Source: Escherichia coli (GTDB lineage Bacteria > Pseudomonadota > Gammaproteobacteria > Enterobacterales > Enterobacteriaceae). From it: a DNA stretch of 64,000 nucleotides. The stretch lies in the NCBI RefSeq assembly GCF_050320075.1, contig NZ_CP190021.1; one strand, 5' to 3'. The position numbers and the translations under genes are program-made. The notes below the pieces were generated by a model that did no database searches, was not told the DNA's origin, and saw only the letters and a list, made by a program, of their open reading frames with translations. Of this stretch, positions 48,428 to 59,406 are shown piece by piece (position 1 is the first letter of the stretch; the number at the start of each line of letters is the position of its first letter).

Positions 48428-49630
48428 TCAACGTGCGTTTGCCTGATTGATTGTTTTCTCAAGGCTACCGAGTTGTTTTTCATAATACTGGCGGGCGGTC
48501 AGAGCCAGTTGCTGTCCAGAGATGACATTACCCTGGCGGATCTGTTCTTTCAGGTCGTTCAGTTGCCAGTTCATTTGCGCAGTGATTCTTACCAGTTCAC
48601 GGAGCAGGTTATCTCCCTGCATTTCCTGTAAATCCACCAGGTATGCTGTGTTGGCGTAGCGCCGGCCAGCCTCAAAAGCTTCAAACTCACGGGTACTCAT
48701 ATATCCCCGTGCTTTTGCTTCTGGTGAAGCCACCTGGTCGAAGTAAGCGGCCGCTGAGTCTGACTGCAGTGTTTCAGCCAGTGCTTTACGTGTGCTTTCA
48801 TTAGGCGTGCTGTCAGCAATCAGCGTCAGTTGGGGATTCGACGCAGAATCAATGATGCCGTTGTATTCGTTCTGGAGTCCGACGTAGGTTCGCCCACTCT
48901 GGGTATTCACTTCTCCTTTACCCAGAGCACGACCGGCAGAGGGGCGGGAAGTGTTTTTCATGTAAGCCGTCGCTGCATCTATTTGCTTCTGATCCCATGT
49001 CAGTGCTGCAGGTGTGTCCGCTGTACCTGCGCCGTGGTAAATCGAGCGTACCTGACTGTCTCCACCTGGTATTTCGCCCACAGAAGGACAAACGGCGGTT
49101 CCTCCAAAACGTGCATATTCTGCTTCTGTACAGTAACTGGCGTGTATGGCCGCGCCATCATAAGCTTCCCGCACGGGAGAGTTTGCTGCGCTGGCCAGAC
49201 GGTCGCGGATGCTACGGTTGCTCACACCGCCACCTTTACTGAGTTTTGAGGCTGCGGATGCTGAGGCACTTTTGCTTTCTGTTGCAATCCCTGATGCGGA
49301 TTCACTGCAGATGGAGTCTGGCACGGTGAAGCTTTTCCGTGCCTCCTCGAGGCGCTGAGTTTCATTACTGAAAATCATCTGCTGACGTGTCGCCTGTCCG
49401 TTCTGGGCAATGACACTTGCCAGCTTTTCAGAGTTCTGATTGATAGCGGTACCCGTGGCTGTCTGGGTACTCAGTATGTTGCCAAGGACATCTTTGATGG
49501 CTTCCATTCTGGGGATGACCTGCTCTTCAACAGGCCGGCTGGCGACGACGGTGACTGAATAAGCATGAGCCTGGCATGCCGTTCCACTCAGGGTGGCTAT
49601 AAGGGCTGCGAGTAATGTTTTTCTTTGCAT
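48428..49630 (-). CDS. traW: TraW lipoprotein
   Basis: 400-aa ORF with signal peptide and lipobox-like LSGTAC. Confidence 0.8.
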   Translation of the reverse strand: MQRKTLLAALIATLSGTACQAHAYSVTVVASRPVEEQVIPRMEAIKDVLGNILSTQTATGTAINQNSEKLASVIAQNGQATRQQMIFSNETQRLEEARKSFTVPDSICSESASGIATESKSASASAASKLSKGGGVSNRSIRDRLASAANSPVREAYDGAAIHASYCTEAEYARFGGTAVCPSVGEIPGGDSQVRSIYHGAGTADTPAALTWDQKQIDAATAYMKNTSRPSAGRALGKGEVNTQSGRTYVGLQNEYNGIIDSASNPQLTLIADSTPNESTRKALAETLQSDSAAAYFDQVASPEAKARGYMSTREFEAFEAGRRYANTAYLVDLQEMQGDNLLRELVRITAQMNWQLNDLKEQIRQGNVISGQQLALTARQYYEKQLGSLEKTINQANAR

Positions 49631-50211
49631 TTTATTGTCTCCTGCTCGGGATGGAGCACAAGGTCAGGAAGGCTGTCGTATTTTCTGTTTTCAGGTAGTG
49701 GGGCCAGTGGGAAACACTGAAATCGCCTGGTGATATAACCTTTCCTGTTCCGGTTATCGATGATGCTGAAAGAACGACGTCTGACGCGCCGTAAGGTGGA
49801 AGGGTCAGTATCCATAACAGGCCAGTCACCGGCACTCAGTGCCGGCGTTCCGGGAACGGATGGCCATAACCAGGTATCATCGGACATCAGCGAAGCCAGC
49901 GGTGAAGGGAGTATCCACTGGATGACATGCTGAACGTCGAATGGTGCTTCATCCGGGACAGAAACCTGCCATATTGCCGTTGTTATCAGCTCATCTGTGC
50001 TGGACGGCAACAACAACCGCATGCCTGTAACCTTTCCCTGTGTTCTGGCATCCGAGGCGTATATCACTCTGGGATTGGGGGCCGGATGTAACCTGAAGAC
50101 ACGTGACGGCAGAGTGAATGAGAAACTGTCACCTTTTACCTCAAGTTTTTTAAGAAATACCTGCCCTCTGGCAGGTCTCCGGCAGCGTGGGGTGATATGA
50201 ATTGTACACAT
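49597..50211 (-). CDS. traV: TraV transfer protein
   Basis: 204-aa ORF; gene order. Confidence 0.75.
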   Translation of the reverse strand: MCTIHITPRCRRPARGQVFLKKLEVKGDSFSFTLPSRVFRLHPAPNPRVIYASDARTQGKVTGMRLLLPSSTDELITTAIWQVSVPDEAPFDVQHVIQWILPSPLASLMSDDTWLWPSVPGTPALSAGDWPVMDTDPSTLRRVRRRSFSIIDNRNRKGYITRRFQCFPLAPLPENRKYDSLPDLVLHPEQETIKCKEKHYSQPL

Positions 50212-53200
50212 CAGAGATTGTATCCCTGTTTTCGGATGAGCTCCGAGGCCAGTTCTTCAATAACATTGTCACTGTTATGTTGGCCCGCCCGGTGCTCAAT
50301 TAATGACGTTGCAGAACCTCTGGGGAAGTTTTCGGCCAGAATCTTACGTGCCCGAACTGAACCTAACTTATTTGTCAGTGTTTTACGCAGGGCACTGTCT
50401 TTTGGCGATGAGTTCAGCGCCCATAGCTCCAGTGGACCGACGGTAAATTTGAGTATTCTCGCAAGCGTGCCACTTTTTACCCTGAATACTCCCAGAACAG
50501 GAACACCACTACCATCTGGTGCCGGGCCTTCCGGCATTTTCAGGAAGCGTTTCAGCATAAATTCAGGAACGTTGAAGTTATCCCTCAGTACGGGGATATC
50601 TTCGGGTTTGTAGCGCAGTAACCAGAGAGTATTTGCTGACTTAAGAACGCTTTCCGGGTAGTCCCTCAGATACTGCGTACTCAGAACCGTGCGGATAGCA
50701 AACTTGCGTTGCTCACGCTCCTGGGTATCCAGATTTTCCCAGATGAAGTCAATGCCCCGGGCGTTATGCAGTTCATCATAAACTTTTGTCTTAACCTCCT
50801 GATCAAGTTGGTTAATACGTTTAAGAGCGATTTCATGGTATTCCCGTGGAAGCTGCTTTAACACTTCATCCCTGTATTGTGGCAGGGTGAAGTCACCACC
50901 GGCGATCTGACCTGCAAGCAGGTACATGATGCCGGTTTTAAGCCTGCCTGCAGGCGTTTTGTCACCGGCAACATTATTCAGATCGACAGCGATGACCCGG
51001 GTTTCCGGGTTGATCATAAACCGGGTATACCCGGATATCATGGGGTAGTCGTTATGTCCCTGCTCCAGGGCGCGGCGGATGTAGTCCAGCAGAAGCTCGT
51101 TTGAACCATCACGCTGAACAGTACCGAAAACATCCCTGAGACTGGTATGGCCCAGCATCGAGGACACTTCGGGAAGCTGGGGCATTGCCTGATAATGTGC
51201 CCGCTGAGCCGCCATGATATACCCGGCATTGTGGAGCATATCCCGGACTTCGAACCAGGTTGATCTGGCCCACCAGGTTGCATCATGTTTTTCATACAGT
51301 CCCGAGTCCTGCAGTGCTGAATCCACCAGTTCTTCCGTTGAGGCGCGATAAAGTCGCGGATTATTTTCACCGTACTCTTTAAAAGCCAGCTCGATAAGCT
51401 GGTTGATAATTTGTCGGGTGTCTCCGGGGTTACAGGGTTGACCGGTACCGGTATCGACACAGAGAGCACACAGCACCGATGACATGAAATTCTTTTCCGG
51501 CGTAATAGGCTTTTTAGCGCCGTACATCACGTCAAAAAGGTTACGGGTGTATTCCGGATCATTGCTCAGAATAATACCGACAGCTTCGTCTTTTCTTTCC
51601 GGAGGAAGACTGTCGCGAATAAGCTGAACCAGTCCCTGAGCACTGTATCCCTTATCGATATAGGCAATGAAGGGCAGGTTTTTCTGAGCAGATGATATCT
51701 GTATTTCCGACAATGTATTAATCAGAACTGATTTACCCAGTCCCGGATCGCCTGGTGCGAGTTCTGTATGTTTATTTTGTTGGGATGACGCCAGACCAAC
51801 CTCAATTGCGGAACCGTCTTCTGTATGTAACATCAGATTCCCTTTGCCTCGCCAGACAGAGCCTGCCCTGTTAAGCGGGAAAAGCGAGATGGCATGTGAC
51901 AACGGGGGATACAGGGGAACCGGGCCGGAGCCTCCGGATGCCGCGAGAATGGTATTCACCCAGGCGCGTCGGGGATCGCCAAATGTTGTCGTGGTGCCAC
52001 ATACGCCCCAGCCTTCAATGGCTGATTTCAGAATGGCCTGGTTTCGTGTGCATATTTCACGTGTTTTTCCCCACGTGGAGGCCATGATGGTCATTATGCA
52101 GACAGGTTCTTTTTCATCCGTTGCCGCCAGGGCCATAACGGATTCATACATTGGACGAACGGCAGAAATGAAACTGCTGTAAGTCAGAAGCGTTTTCTTC
52201 AGATTAAGAGCCTTCATCCCGCCGGGCATCAGATCCATTCTGATGCGCCAGGGGACTGCGCGTGGGACGGCACGGACCAGTTCGTTAAACGTCTGCAGAT
52301 TTTGCGGAGGTAAAGTAATCGATACCATTCCGTGCCAGAGTCCGCCCGCCTGAACCAGGTTGCCCTGTGTGGTCACCTGAGTGTTGAATAACTGCAAATG
52401 CAATGAAGGAGCATGTAGTACGGATTCATCGTCAGTCCAGCGATATCCCGCTGGCTGGGCATCTTCAGGCAGGTGGGGTTGCCAGTTACGCGGTGTGCTG
52501 TGCCGTTCTGTCTGACGACGTATTTCACGCCCGACCTCGTGTATATCCAGTAGCCGGAGAATCAGGCCATCAGATGAATGTCTCAGTGCCTGTTCCACAT
52601 TATCAAGAAAAGCTTCGTGGCGGATTTTCAGTGCAGATAAGGTCCACTGCCAGGGGGACTGGGCAAAGCGTGCTTTCGGTACCCGTTCAGCCAGTCTTCT
52701 GACAAGCTCATCATGGGCGGTACGATCGCTGTTGCTGATAAGGTCGGGTCCACTCCAGATCGCCAGCCAGCAACGCTCCCGGACCAGCCATGGGGACAGT
52801 GTTGTGACTTTCTCATCGACCACATCCTGTAACTGGATACCTGTATTAGCCAGTGAGCGCTTTTGTGGGGCGACCATGTCTTCGATTTCTTCTTTCCCCA
52901 TGTCAGGATCACGCTCAAAAACGAAGCTGATTTTATGACCGCTGTTTTTATATGCCGTATTCAGGCTGTCACTCATGCTGGTGATCAGCGATTCCAGTGA
53001 ACCTGGGCCAGTCTGGTCGGATGCTTCATCCATTTCCCTGAAAGCACCGCTGACTTCAAAGACAGAGAGATATTCTCCACGCTTTGTGGCTGCAATATAG
53101 GGCGAATTCAGCCATGGGCGACGTTCACGATCCTGTCTGTCCAGACCTATTACAGTACGTAAATCGCAATACTCAACAAAACTGCTTGCGACAGAGAAAC

Positions 53201-53255
53201 GGGATAGCGTGTTCAGACAGTCTTCGATAGTGAAGATTAAACGGTTTATGTTCAT
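50211..53255 (-). CDS. traU: TraU, DotO/IcmB-like transfer ATPase
   Basis: Walker A GDPGLGKS; start at internal ATG (MNINRLIFT) with GGAG RBS gives 1014 aa; the track ORF extends to 53348. Confidence 0.85.
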   Translation of the reverse strand: MNINRLIFTIEDCLNTLSRFSVASSFVEYCDLRTVIGLDRQDRERRPWLNSPYIAATKRGEYLSVFEVSGAFREMDEASDQTGPGSLESLITSMSDSLNTAYKNSGHKISFVFERDPDMGKEEIEDMVAPQKRSLANTGIQLQDVVDEKVTTLSPWLVRERCWLAIWSGPDLISNSDRTAHDELVRRLAERVPKARFAQSPWQWTLSALKIRHEAFLDNVEQALRHSSDGLILRLLDIHEVGREIRRQTERHSTPRNWQPHLPEDAQPAGYRWTDDESVLHAPSLHLQLFNTQVTTQGNLVQAGGLWHGMVSITLPPQNLQTFNELVRAVPRAVPWRIRMDLMPGGMKALNLKKTLLTYSSFISAVRPMYESVMALAATDEKEPVCIMTIMASTWGKTREICTRNQAILKSAIEGWGVCGTTTTFGDPRRAWVNTILAASGGSGPVPLYPPLSHAISLFPLNRAGSVWRGKGNLMLHTEDGSAIEVGLASSQQNKHTELAPGDPGLGKSVLINTLSEIQISSAQKNLPFIAYIDKGYSAQGLVQLIRDSLPPERKDEAVGIILSNDPEYTRNLFDVMYGAKKPITPEKNFMSSVLCALCVDTGTGQPCNPGDTRQIINQLIELAFKEYGENNPRLYRASTEELVDSALQDSGLYEKHDATWWARSTWFEVRDMLHNAGYIMAAQRAHYQAMPQLPEVSSMLGHTSLRDVFGTVQRDGSNELLLDYIRRALEQGHNDYPMISGYTRFMINPETRVIAVDLNNVAGDKTPAGRLKTGIMYLLAGQIAGGDFTLPQYRDEVLKQLPREYHEIALKRINQLDQEVKTKVYDELHNARGIDFIWENLDTQEREQRKFAIRTVLSTQYLRDYPESVLKSANTLWLLRYKPEDIPVLRDNFNVPEFMLKRFLKMPEGPAPDGSGVPVLGVFRVKSGTLARILKFTVGPLELWALNSSPKDSALRKTLTNKLGSVRARKILAENFPRGSATSLIEHRAGQHNSDNVIEELASELIRKQGYNL

Positions 53256-53344
53256 AGGTGAGGGAACTCCGGACTTACAGGAGGGAGGTTTGTGCAGTTT
53301 GATTTTTTTAATGCCACCCCGCGCTGGAGTGGCATGAAGAAAAA

Positions 53345-54145
53345 TCAATCAACGTATTCTTTTTTGATGAATGAATCTGGTGTCAGAATCAGGGCAATCC
53401 CGTTCATTTTTTCACGCAGGGGCGAACGACCGGAAGGTGGATAGCGACGAAAAACGTCAGCGAAATCGGCCGGGCGGAAACTGCGGAATTTATCCTCAAC
53501 CGCCAGTCTGTTTTGCATCAGTGCAGAGAGCGCTTCCCGTCCCCGCCGGACCCGGAACTTATCATTACTGAAAACTTCCTGTAATGAACGACGGTTAAGG
53601 GCCACGACCGTGGATGGATGAAGGTCGGGTAGCCACACCATAACGCCCTGTGCTGCGGCATAACCATTCAGTGAATGCCAGGCGTGGCAGAAAGCACATA
53701 AGCTGTAAGGCGGGCCGTCTTCATGAAACAGTTCCTGCTCTTTCTCTGACAACGACTCTGTACTGGTGATTTCAGCTTTCTGTACATGGCGGAGTGAAAG
53801 ACGTCTGGCAGACAGACGGGCCTGCTCAAGCGCCCGTTCAGCGGCTTTTACTGCCGTGTTGTACTTTTCCTTTTCGCCGGTTGCGACTGGTTCACCACGC
53901 TTTTTTAACTTATCCAGATGTTCTGTGGCCTTATTAAGACGAACTCGTGTGTCACTGATTGTGTCGGTAAGCTGTCTGAGTGGCCATGAGTCATCCAGTC
54001 TGAAACGGTGCCTGACGTTTTGCCGGCAGCAGATACATCGACCGGGCGTTGTTAATTCCGGTTCCGGTAACAGTGGCTCCTGTGTATGAACCACATCAAT
54101 TTCTGGAAAGGGATACAACCACAAGTCTTTAATGCTGTGTTGCAT
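53345..54145 (-). CDS. traT: TraT transfer protein
   Basis: 266-aa ORF; gene order. Confidence 0.75.
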   Translation of the reverse strand: MQHSIKDLWLYPFPEIDVVHTQEPLLPEPELTTPGRCICCRQNVRHRFRLDDSWPLRQLTDTISDTRVRLNKATEHLDKLKKRGEPVATGEKEKYNTAVKAAERALEQARLSARRLSLRHVQKAEITSTESLSEKEQELFHEDGPPYSLCAFCHAWHSLNGYAAAQGVMVWLPDLHPSTVVALNRRSLQEVFSNDKFRVRRGREALSALMQNRLAVEDKFRSFRPADFADVFRRYPPSGRSPLREKMNGIALILTPDSFIKKEYVD

Positions 54146-54317
54146 GAGCAGGCTCCGTACTGGTGTAACGTTTCACGGCTTCCAGAATGATGTTTGCGAT
54201 TTCATCGGAACAGCATTCTGCAAAAATGAATTCCTGATCGTCCCGACTGTCGTGGGCAATCACATTGCCGTTTTCTGTTCGTCGTAACGTTATGTGCTCC
54301 GGGCTCCAGGCAGACAT
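54129..54317 (-). CDS. traS: TraS small transfer protein
   Basis: 62-aa ORF overlapping the traT start. Confidence 0.55.
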   Translation of the reverse strand: MSAWSPEHITLRRTENGNVIAHDSRDDQEFIFAECCSDEIANIILEAVKRYTSTEPAHATQH

Positions 54318-54380
54318 ATGTGCCTCCTTGTATTGCCGAACAGGAAGGGCACCGGATAAATGCCAGTGCCCTGGACAGGA

Positions 54381-54785
54381 TTAGCCAATGGAAATTGAGG
54401 AAATCCCCAACTGTTTCTGGCTGCGACTCATCATTTCAGGTCCGGCGGCAAGTAGCGCCCCAATGACGATAGATAGAATGCAACCAGCCAGTCCCATCCC
54501 CCCTTGTTTCCCAACTTTTTTCAGCCCAATCAGGCCCCCGAGAAACGCAATTACGCCGATGAACTGCGCAATAGTCAGTGATGATGACTGTGCTGTTTTG
54601 GCACCTTGTTCGACATTGCGAACCATATCGGCAAGATCTCCATCGGCAAGAACGGCTTTGGGCAGCAACATCATGGGAATGAGCAGCAGGAACTTAGTCA
54701 GTTTGCTCCGGCATGACATTACAAACAGTTGTGCGTGGATAAATGCGGCGTACAGACGGGCCGCTACGACACGAATACGTGACAT
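54381..54785 (-). CDS. traR: TraR membrane transfer protein
   Basis: 134-aa hydrophobic ORF. Confidence 0.75.
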   Translation of the reverse strand: MSRIRVVAARLYAAFIHAQLFVMSCRSKLTKFLLLIPMMLLPKAVLADGDLADMVRNVEQGAKTAQSSSLTIAQFIGVIAFLGGLIGLKKVGKQGGMGLAGCILSIVIGALLAAGPEMMSRSQKQLGISSISIG

Positions 54786-54835
54786 AGTTTCTCCTTAAAT
54801 GGATATATCAGTGGTTTATATGAAGGTGAAAAAAA

Positions 54836-55363
54836 TCAGAAGACGATTCCAATGCTTGCCAGCAGGGCATTGAGGACACGATCGATAAAGACCAGCAGGA
54901 CGCCGGCAATAAATTTGACGTTTCCCTTACTGACGGATTCACTGGCACTCAGTGCGGTATGTCCATCGAGTCCGGCCTTGCGCCAGATGGATATCCCGTT
55001 CATTACAAATCCAACACCGGCCAGCTTGGCCAGCGACAGAACTGCATTTGCTGCGCCAGCAGCAGCGCCAAACGTCTGAGGTTGTACATATGCAATCGGG
55101 CCAAATGAGTCAGCCCTGAATCCCATTTGTACGCCTCCGGCGTTAATCATTGCCGGGAGTGATACGAGCATGCAGCTGGTTAACATCCCCGCAATAAATT
55201 TTCCGGGAGACATTTTTACCGGACCGGCTGAACGGGCGCGGGCAAACAGGGTAATCATGCTGATCACCCCGATGAATTCTCCCCAGGTAAACAGGAAATC
55301 CATTCCGGCACTGAAAATACTGCTGGCAAAGTTCTCAATGGCGGTCAGGGCATCCATGTTCAT
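54836..55363 (-). CDS. traQ: TraQ membrane transfer protein (DotE-like)
   Basis: 175-aa hydrophobic ORF. Confidence 0.75.
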   Translation of the reverse strand: MNMDALTAIENFASSIFSAGMDFLFTWGEFIGVISMITLFARARSAGPVKMSPGKFIAGMLTSCMLVSLPAMINAGGVQMGFRADSFGPIAYVQPQTFGAAAGAANAVLSLAKLAGVGFVMNGISIWRKAGLDGHTALSASESVSKGNVKFIAGVLLVFIDRVLNALLASIGIVF

Positions 55364-56067
55364 CAGCGTAACGTCCCTGCACTGGTGATGATGGTCCGGG
55401 TAGTCGGATCAATCCGCTGGATCACCACATTGCCCAGCGTCTGACCTTCTCTGACAGCCCAGGTACTACCCTGCCAGCGAATCCAGGCCATACCAGTTTC
55501 CATCGACATGATTTTCATTCCGTTAAGTACAGACGACGTTTTTTTCTTTGCTGGATGCGGTGTGGAAGAGGATTCAGTGACGCTTTTCTGTGTCATTATT
55601 CCGTTCAGGCGGCTCCGGATATCATCCAGCTGACGGCGTGTTTCCTGTGCGTATTCTTCATCCTTTTTTATAGCTTCGCCCAGCTTGTTAATGCTGTCGT
55701 GAAGCATATTCAGTGTTGCCTGAATTTTTTCATCGCGGTTATCCAGCTCTGTTTTTACATCCCGGGCAAGCTGGCTCATATCTTCTCCTGTCCGGACAGT
55801 CATAGTCTCAGTGGACTGAACGGAAGGTGATGATTCTTGTGTGGTTTGCCAGGTCTGTACGCCAGCATCCGCATCATTAAACGGAGGCATGCCTGTTTCC
55901 GATGGCGCTCTCAGGAACAGATACCATATGGCTGCGAGCAACACGACTGCACATAGCCCCCATGTTGCTACAGATATCCCCCAGACGGAACGTTTCCAGA
56001 AGGGGGCGGGTTTCTCTTCGGGTTCACCGAAGCTGCCGGTTTCATCTATTTCTGTTTCAGGTTTCAT
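55363..56067 (-). CDS. traP: TraP transfer protein (DotF-like)
   Basis: 234-aa ORF with one TM segment. Confidence 0.75.
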   Translation of the reverse strand: MKPETEIDETGSFGEPEEKPAPFWKRSVWGISVATWGLCAVVLLAAIWYLFLRAPSETGMPPFNDADAGVQTWQTTQESSPSVQSTETMTVRTGEDMSQLARDVKTELDNRDEKIQATLNMLHDSINKLGEAIKKDEEYAQETRRQLDDIRSRLNGIMTQKSVTESSSTPHPAKKKTSSVLNGMKIMSMETGMAWIRWQGSTWAVREGQTLGNVVIQRIDPTTRTIITSAGTLR

Positions 56068-57356
56068 TATGGTGTCTCCGGTTGTTCATCATACCGACGT
56101 TGCATCACAGCTTTTCTTTGCTCCATGGCTGTCTGCATTCGTGCCTGCGAGCGTTGTTCCGCCTGTGATGTACGATTAACTGAAGGGGAAATGCCACTGG
56201 AAAGGGAAGATGACCTGGCGTCGTTTGTCATTACCGGGTCAACAAACAGAATTGATACGACTTCATGCTGATACACTTCTACCTGTTTATAGGGCTCACT
56301 TTCTGCCTGGCGGGTTAATATCTGACTTCCTCTTTCCGCCATACCACCGGCAATAACGCCCGCAACAGCTTCACCACTGGGCATTCCCACGCGTCCGGTA
56401 ACCGTGCCATAGTTACCCTGAATAACCTGCGTGTTGGCATCTTTATAAAGTGTGCCAATACTGCCCACACCTCCTAACACTGACGGCAGAATGATATGTT
56501 TAAACCAGCGTGTATTCACATTGCTGGCCACGGATGACATCAGGTTGTCTTCCCGTTGAGCATATGCATTGACCTTAAGGTCCATGCCGTTCCAGCTCAT
56601 CCGGTCGAAATGGATCTCCACGCCGTTACCCACCAGTTTGACTCCCGGACTGAACAGCGTTGCCCCTGCCCAGGGGCCAGCGGGAATGGTTGCGATAACC
56701 TTGGATGACGGGTTATCAGAATCCACTGCAGTATCAATATATGCCGGTATACGGGTCAGGGCAGGTATCAGTTGTATCCCTTTTTCTGCTACAGGCGTGG
56801 ACAGGCTGGCATTCTGTAATGCGAATTGCTGCGTACCATTCTGCCCTGTTGTTTCTGCCGGAGATTTATTCCACATAGTCGTTGCTATGGTTGGTGTACT
56901 ACCGGCAGGATGCTGATCTTTTATTCTTACAATCAGCTTTTGCAGCCGTTCCATACGCTTTTCACTGGCTGCTCGATCCTCCTGTGGTGTGCCGGAAGCC
57001 TGGCGATAAGCATAGTTTTCCGGTTTTGCTGCAGGCTGTTGTTGCTTTTCCGGAGTGTCCGGAATATCAAGCCCCTGCGGAAGACTGGCAATGAACGTCT
57101 GATTATTGCGGGCTGCCGCCGCAGCCCCTCGTTCATTATCCGCTCTTAACAGTTCACGATAGTGAGGCGTTTCGGTAACGCTGCGCGTACCGCCACTTGC
57201 AGCACTGTTTATGTTCACGGCTGACTGCATATCGCTGTTACTCCCTGATACTTTGGAAAACGCGATATAGCTGCCGCCAAATAAGATGATGCTGCTCAGC
57301 CCAAGCAGGGCAGCCAGTTTCTTTCCGGATTTACCGGCATCCTGTTCAGCACTCAT
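56067..57356 (-). CDS. traO: TraO transfer protein (DotG-like)
   Basis: 429-aa ORF; gene order. Confidence 0.8.
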   Translation of the reverse strand: MSAEQDAGKSGKKLAALLGLSSIILFGGSYIAFSKVSGSNSDMQSAVNINSAASGGTRSVTETPHYRELLRADNERGAAAAARNNQTFIASLPQGLDIPDTPEKQQQPAAKPENYAYRQASGTPQEDRAASEKRMERLQKLIVRIKDQHPAGSTPTIATTMWNKSPAETTGQNGTQQFALQNASLSTPVAEKGIQLIPALTRIPAYIDTAVDSDNPSSKVIATIPAGPWAGATLFSPGVKLVGNGVEIHFDRMSWNGMDLKVNAYAQREDNLMSSVASNVNTRWFKHIILPSVLGGVGSIGTLYKDANTQVIQGNYGTVTGRVGMPSGEAVAGVIAGGMAERGSQILTRQAESEPYKQVEVYQHEVVSILFVDPVMTNDARSSSLSSGISPSVNRTSQAEQRSQARMQTAMEQRKAVMQRRYDEQPETP

Positions 57357-57358
57357 GA

Positions 57359-58342
57359 TTACTCCAGTTCTGGTGTCACGTGAACGGACTGGCCATTCAC
57401 AGAGAAAGTCAGTAGTGGGGTGACGGGAAGCTTCCAGAGATGAGTTCCGTCGGCAGAGGACAAGGTCTGTTCAAATTCATCGCGCAATATCGCCCGGGAA
57501 CGAACCAGAAGGTCATCGCCGTGTTGCCAGATCGTTGTATCCGGGACATTACCTGTGAATTTCAGCCTCTTAACTGAAGGGTCCCGGGGAGGAATACCAT
57601 CCAGAAATGCCTGTAATGTTGCATCATGCAGGGCGATTTTATCCGTCGGGATGGAGACAACCGGGCTGGTTGGTCCCTGCCGTGGTATTCGCAGATCCAG
57701 ACGACTGTCCATTTCCTGACTGGATGACGGCGTATCTGTTTCGCCACTGGTTACGTTCAGGATGACCGGTACCGACAGACCTTTCAGGTAGACAGAAATG
57801 TTTCCGGATGCCCATGGCCGCAATGGTGTGATTGTCACCATGTTCTCGTTGTACTGCACATCAAAGAGTTTTGGTGCCGCGTTATAAGGAGGATCGGATT
57901 GTGGCCATGGTGAACCGTTGATATCGGTAAATGTCACTACGCTCAGGTTGTTCATGGCTGTGCGAACAAGAGGAAGGCTGGCACCGGGGGACAGATTAAC
58001 TGTCAGAGAGCTGATACGGGGTACAACACTGGTGATGGGCGCATTGATGGCCCGCTCGTTATCCGCCATGAGACTGCGTAGTGAGCGAATCTCATCGGCG
58101 GAGAGCTCAGAATCAAGTCTTGCCGCATCCTGTACCAGCGGGCTGGCCTGCCCGGGGGCAGGCAGCTCACCTTTTACCAGTGTTGCCGGAACACCTCCGG
58201 TGTTTTGGGAGGCGTTCTGAACGTGATCGCTGGCAGAATTTGTCGTTTGTGGTGTGCGTGCGTTCTGCCATCCTGCGTTATCGGCAGACGTGGCGGCGCT
58301 GCACACCAGGAGCAGTGTGCTCAGTAAATAACGTGATTGCAT
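57359..58342 (-). CDS. traN: TraN secretin-like outer-membrane protein (DotH-like)
   Basis: 327-aa ORF with signal peptide. Confidence 0.8.
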   Translation of the reverse strand: MQSRYLLSTLLLVCSAATSADNAGWQNARTPQTTNSASDHVQNASQNTGGVPATLVKGELPAPGQASPLVQDAARLDSELSADEIRSLRSLMADNERAINAPITSVVPRISSLTVNLSPGASLPLVRTAMNNLSVVTFTDINGSPWPQSDPPYNAAPKLFDVQYNENMVTITPLRPWASGNISVYLKGLSVPVILNVTSGETDTPSSSQEMDSRLDLRIPRQGPTSPVVSIPTDKIALHDATLQAFLDGIPPRDPSVKRLKFTGNVPDTTIWQHGDDLLVRSRAILRDEFEQTLSSADGTHLWKLPVTPLLTFSVNGQSVHVTPELE

Positions 58343-58352
58343 ATTACTTATC

Positions 58353-59045
58353 TCAGGAGTTCGGTCCGGCGTTACGGGAGATCATCTGCCGGATTTCCAT
58401 ACCGGATGGTTTCAGTCTGGGGTCAACACGCTGGATGGTGATTTCGAAAACAAAAGACTGTTCTGGCTTGCTGGTTGTCTGGCCGACCAGACGCATACGG
58501 ACAGGATACTGAAATGTCCAGAACCATACGCCGTCGGACATTTGTCCCTGTCGTACCAGAACGCCAGCGCCTGTCGTGGCGGTCAGATTCATCTTCTCTT
58601 TCTTGATCGTCTCCAGAATGTTAGATGCCTGTAATGCATTCACATATCCGGCAAAACCTTCGTCAGAAAAACGCGGAGACAGGGAGGAAATCTGTGAACG
58701 ATAGTGCACAAAATCCAGGTTGAATGCGGTCGCCAGTGCCTGGCTGCCAAAGGCCATTGCGTCATTCTGACTCCATGCTGGCTGATTTGTTGGTGCCAGC
58801 CTGACCAGACGACCATTGTCTGTAGCGAAATATTCGCGCTCCACATTCGTTGAGTGCCAGTACTGAATGGCGTTGCCAGTAATACTGATAAGAAGACATG
58901 TGCCCGTACATAAAAGCGCTTTTATCAGCGCAGGGACATTATTTGCCCGCTGTTCTGACTGCTTCATAGCCCTGATTGTGCTCTTCAGTATTTCCGGGTC
59001 AGGTGCCGGATGTGATGGCGAGGATAGCTCGGTATTTTCGGTCAT
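58353..59045 (-). CDS. traM: TraM transfer protein
   Basis: 230-aa ORF; gene order. Confidence 0.75.
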   Translation of the reverse strand: MTENTELSSPSHPAPDPEILKSTIRAMKQSEQRANNVPALIKALLCTGTCLLISITGNAIQYWHSTNVEREYFATDNGRLVRLAPTNQPAWSQNDAMAFGSQALATAFNLDFVHYRSQISSLSPRFSDEGFAGYVNALQASNILETIKKEKMNLTATTGAGVLVRQGQMSDGVWFWTFQYPVRMRLVGQTTSKPEQSFVFEITIQRVDPRLKPSGMEIRQMISRNAGPNS

Positions 59046-59389
59046 AGGTTGTAGTCCTTCCAGGGATCAATATTCCCCGGCAGCTTTTCATTCACCTTGT
59101 CCACGACCGCGTCGCAGACCTGGTTTTCCAGCTGCGACAGAATGTCGTCAAGGCTGGGGAACTGGGGGAGGTTTATGCTGATTTTTTTGATTCGTGACAG
59201 ACAGGACTGCAGGGATGAGGAAACATCGTTTTCACGTTGTGACCATGCATCCGCAGCTGCACGTGCTCGCTCATATCCTGTATTACTACCGGCCTGTGCC
59301 GCGCTACCCGCACGACAGGTTGCAGCACTTGCCGTGGATGAAATCAGGATAAGGCCGAGCACGGCAACCAGAGACTTATGCATGTTCAT
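59042..59389 (-). CDS. traL: TraL transfer protein
   Basis: 115-aa ORF with signal peptide. Confidence 0.75.
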   Translation of the reverse strand: MNMHKSLVAVLGLILISSTASAATCRAGSAAQAGSNTGYERARAAADAWSQRENDVSSSLQSCLSRIKKISINLPQFPSLDDILSQLENQVCDAVVDKVNEKLPGNIDPWKDYNL

Positions 59390-59406
59390 ATGGCTTCCTT
59401 ACCGGC

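Noticed and set aside
50877-52938. Plus-strand ORFs (60-112 aa) inside traU and other tra genes
   Set aside because: Short antisense ORFs within long well-supported genes; no RBS or conservation evidence
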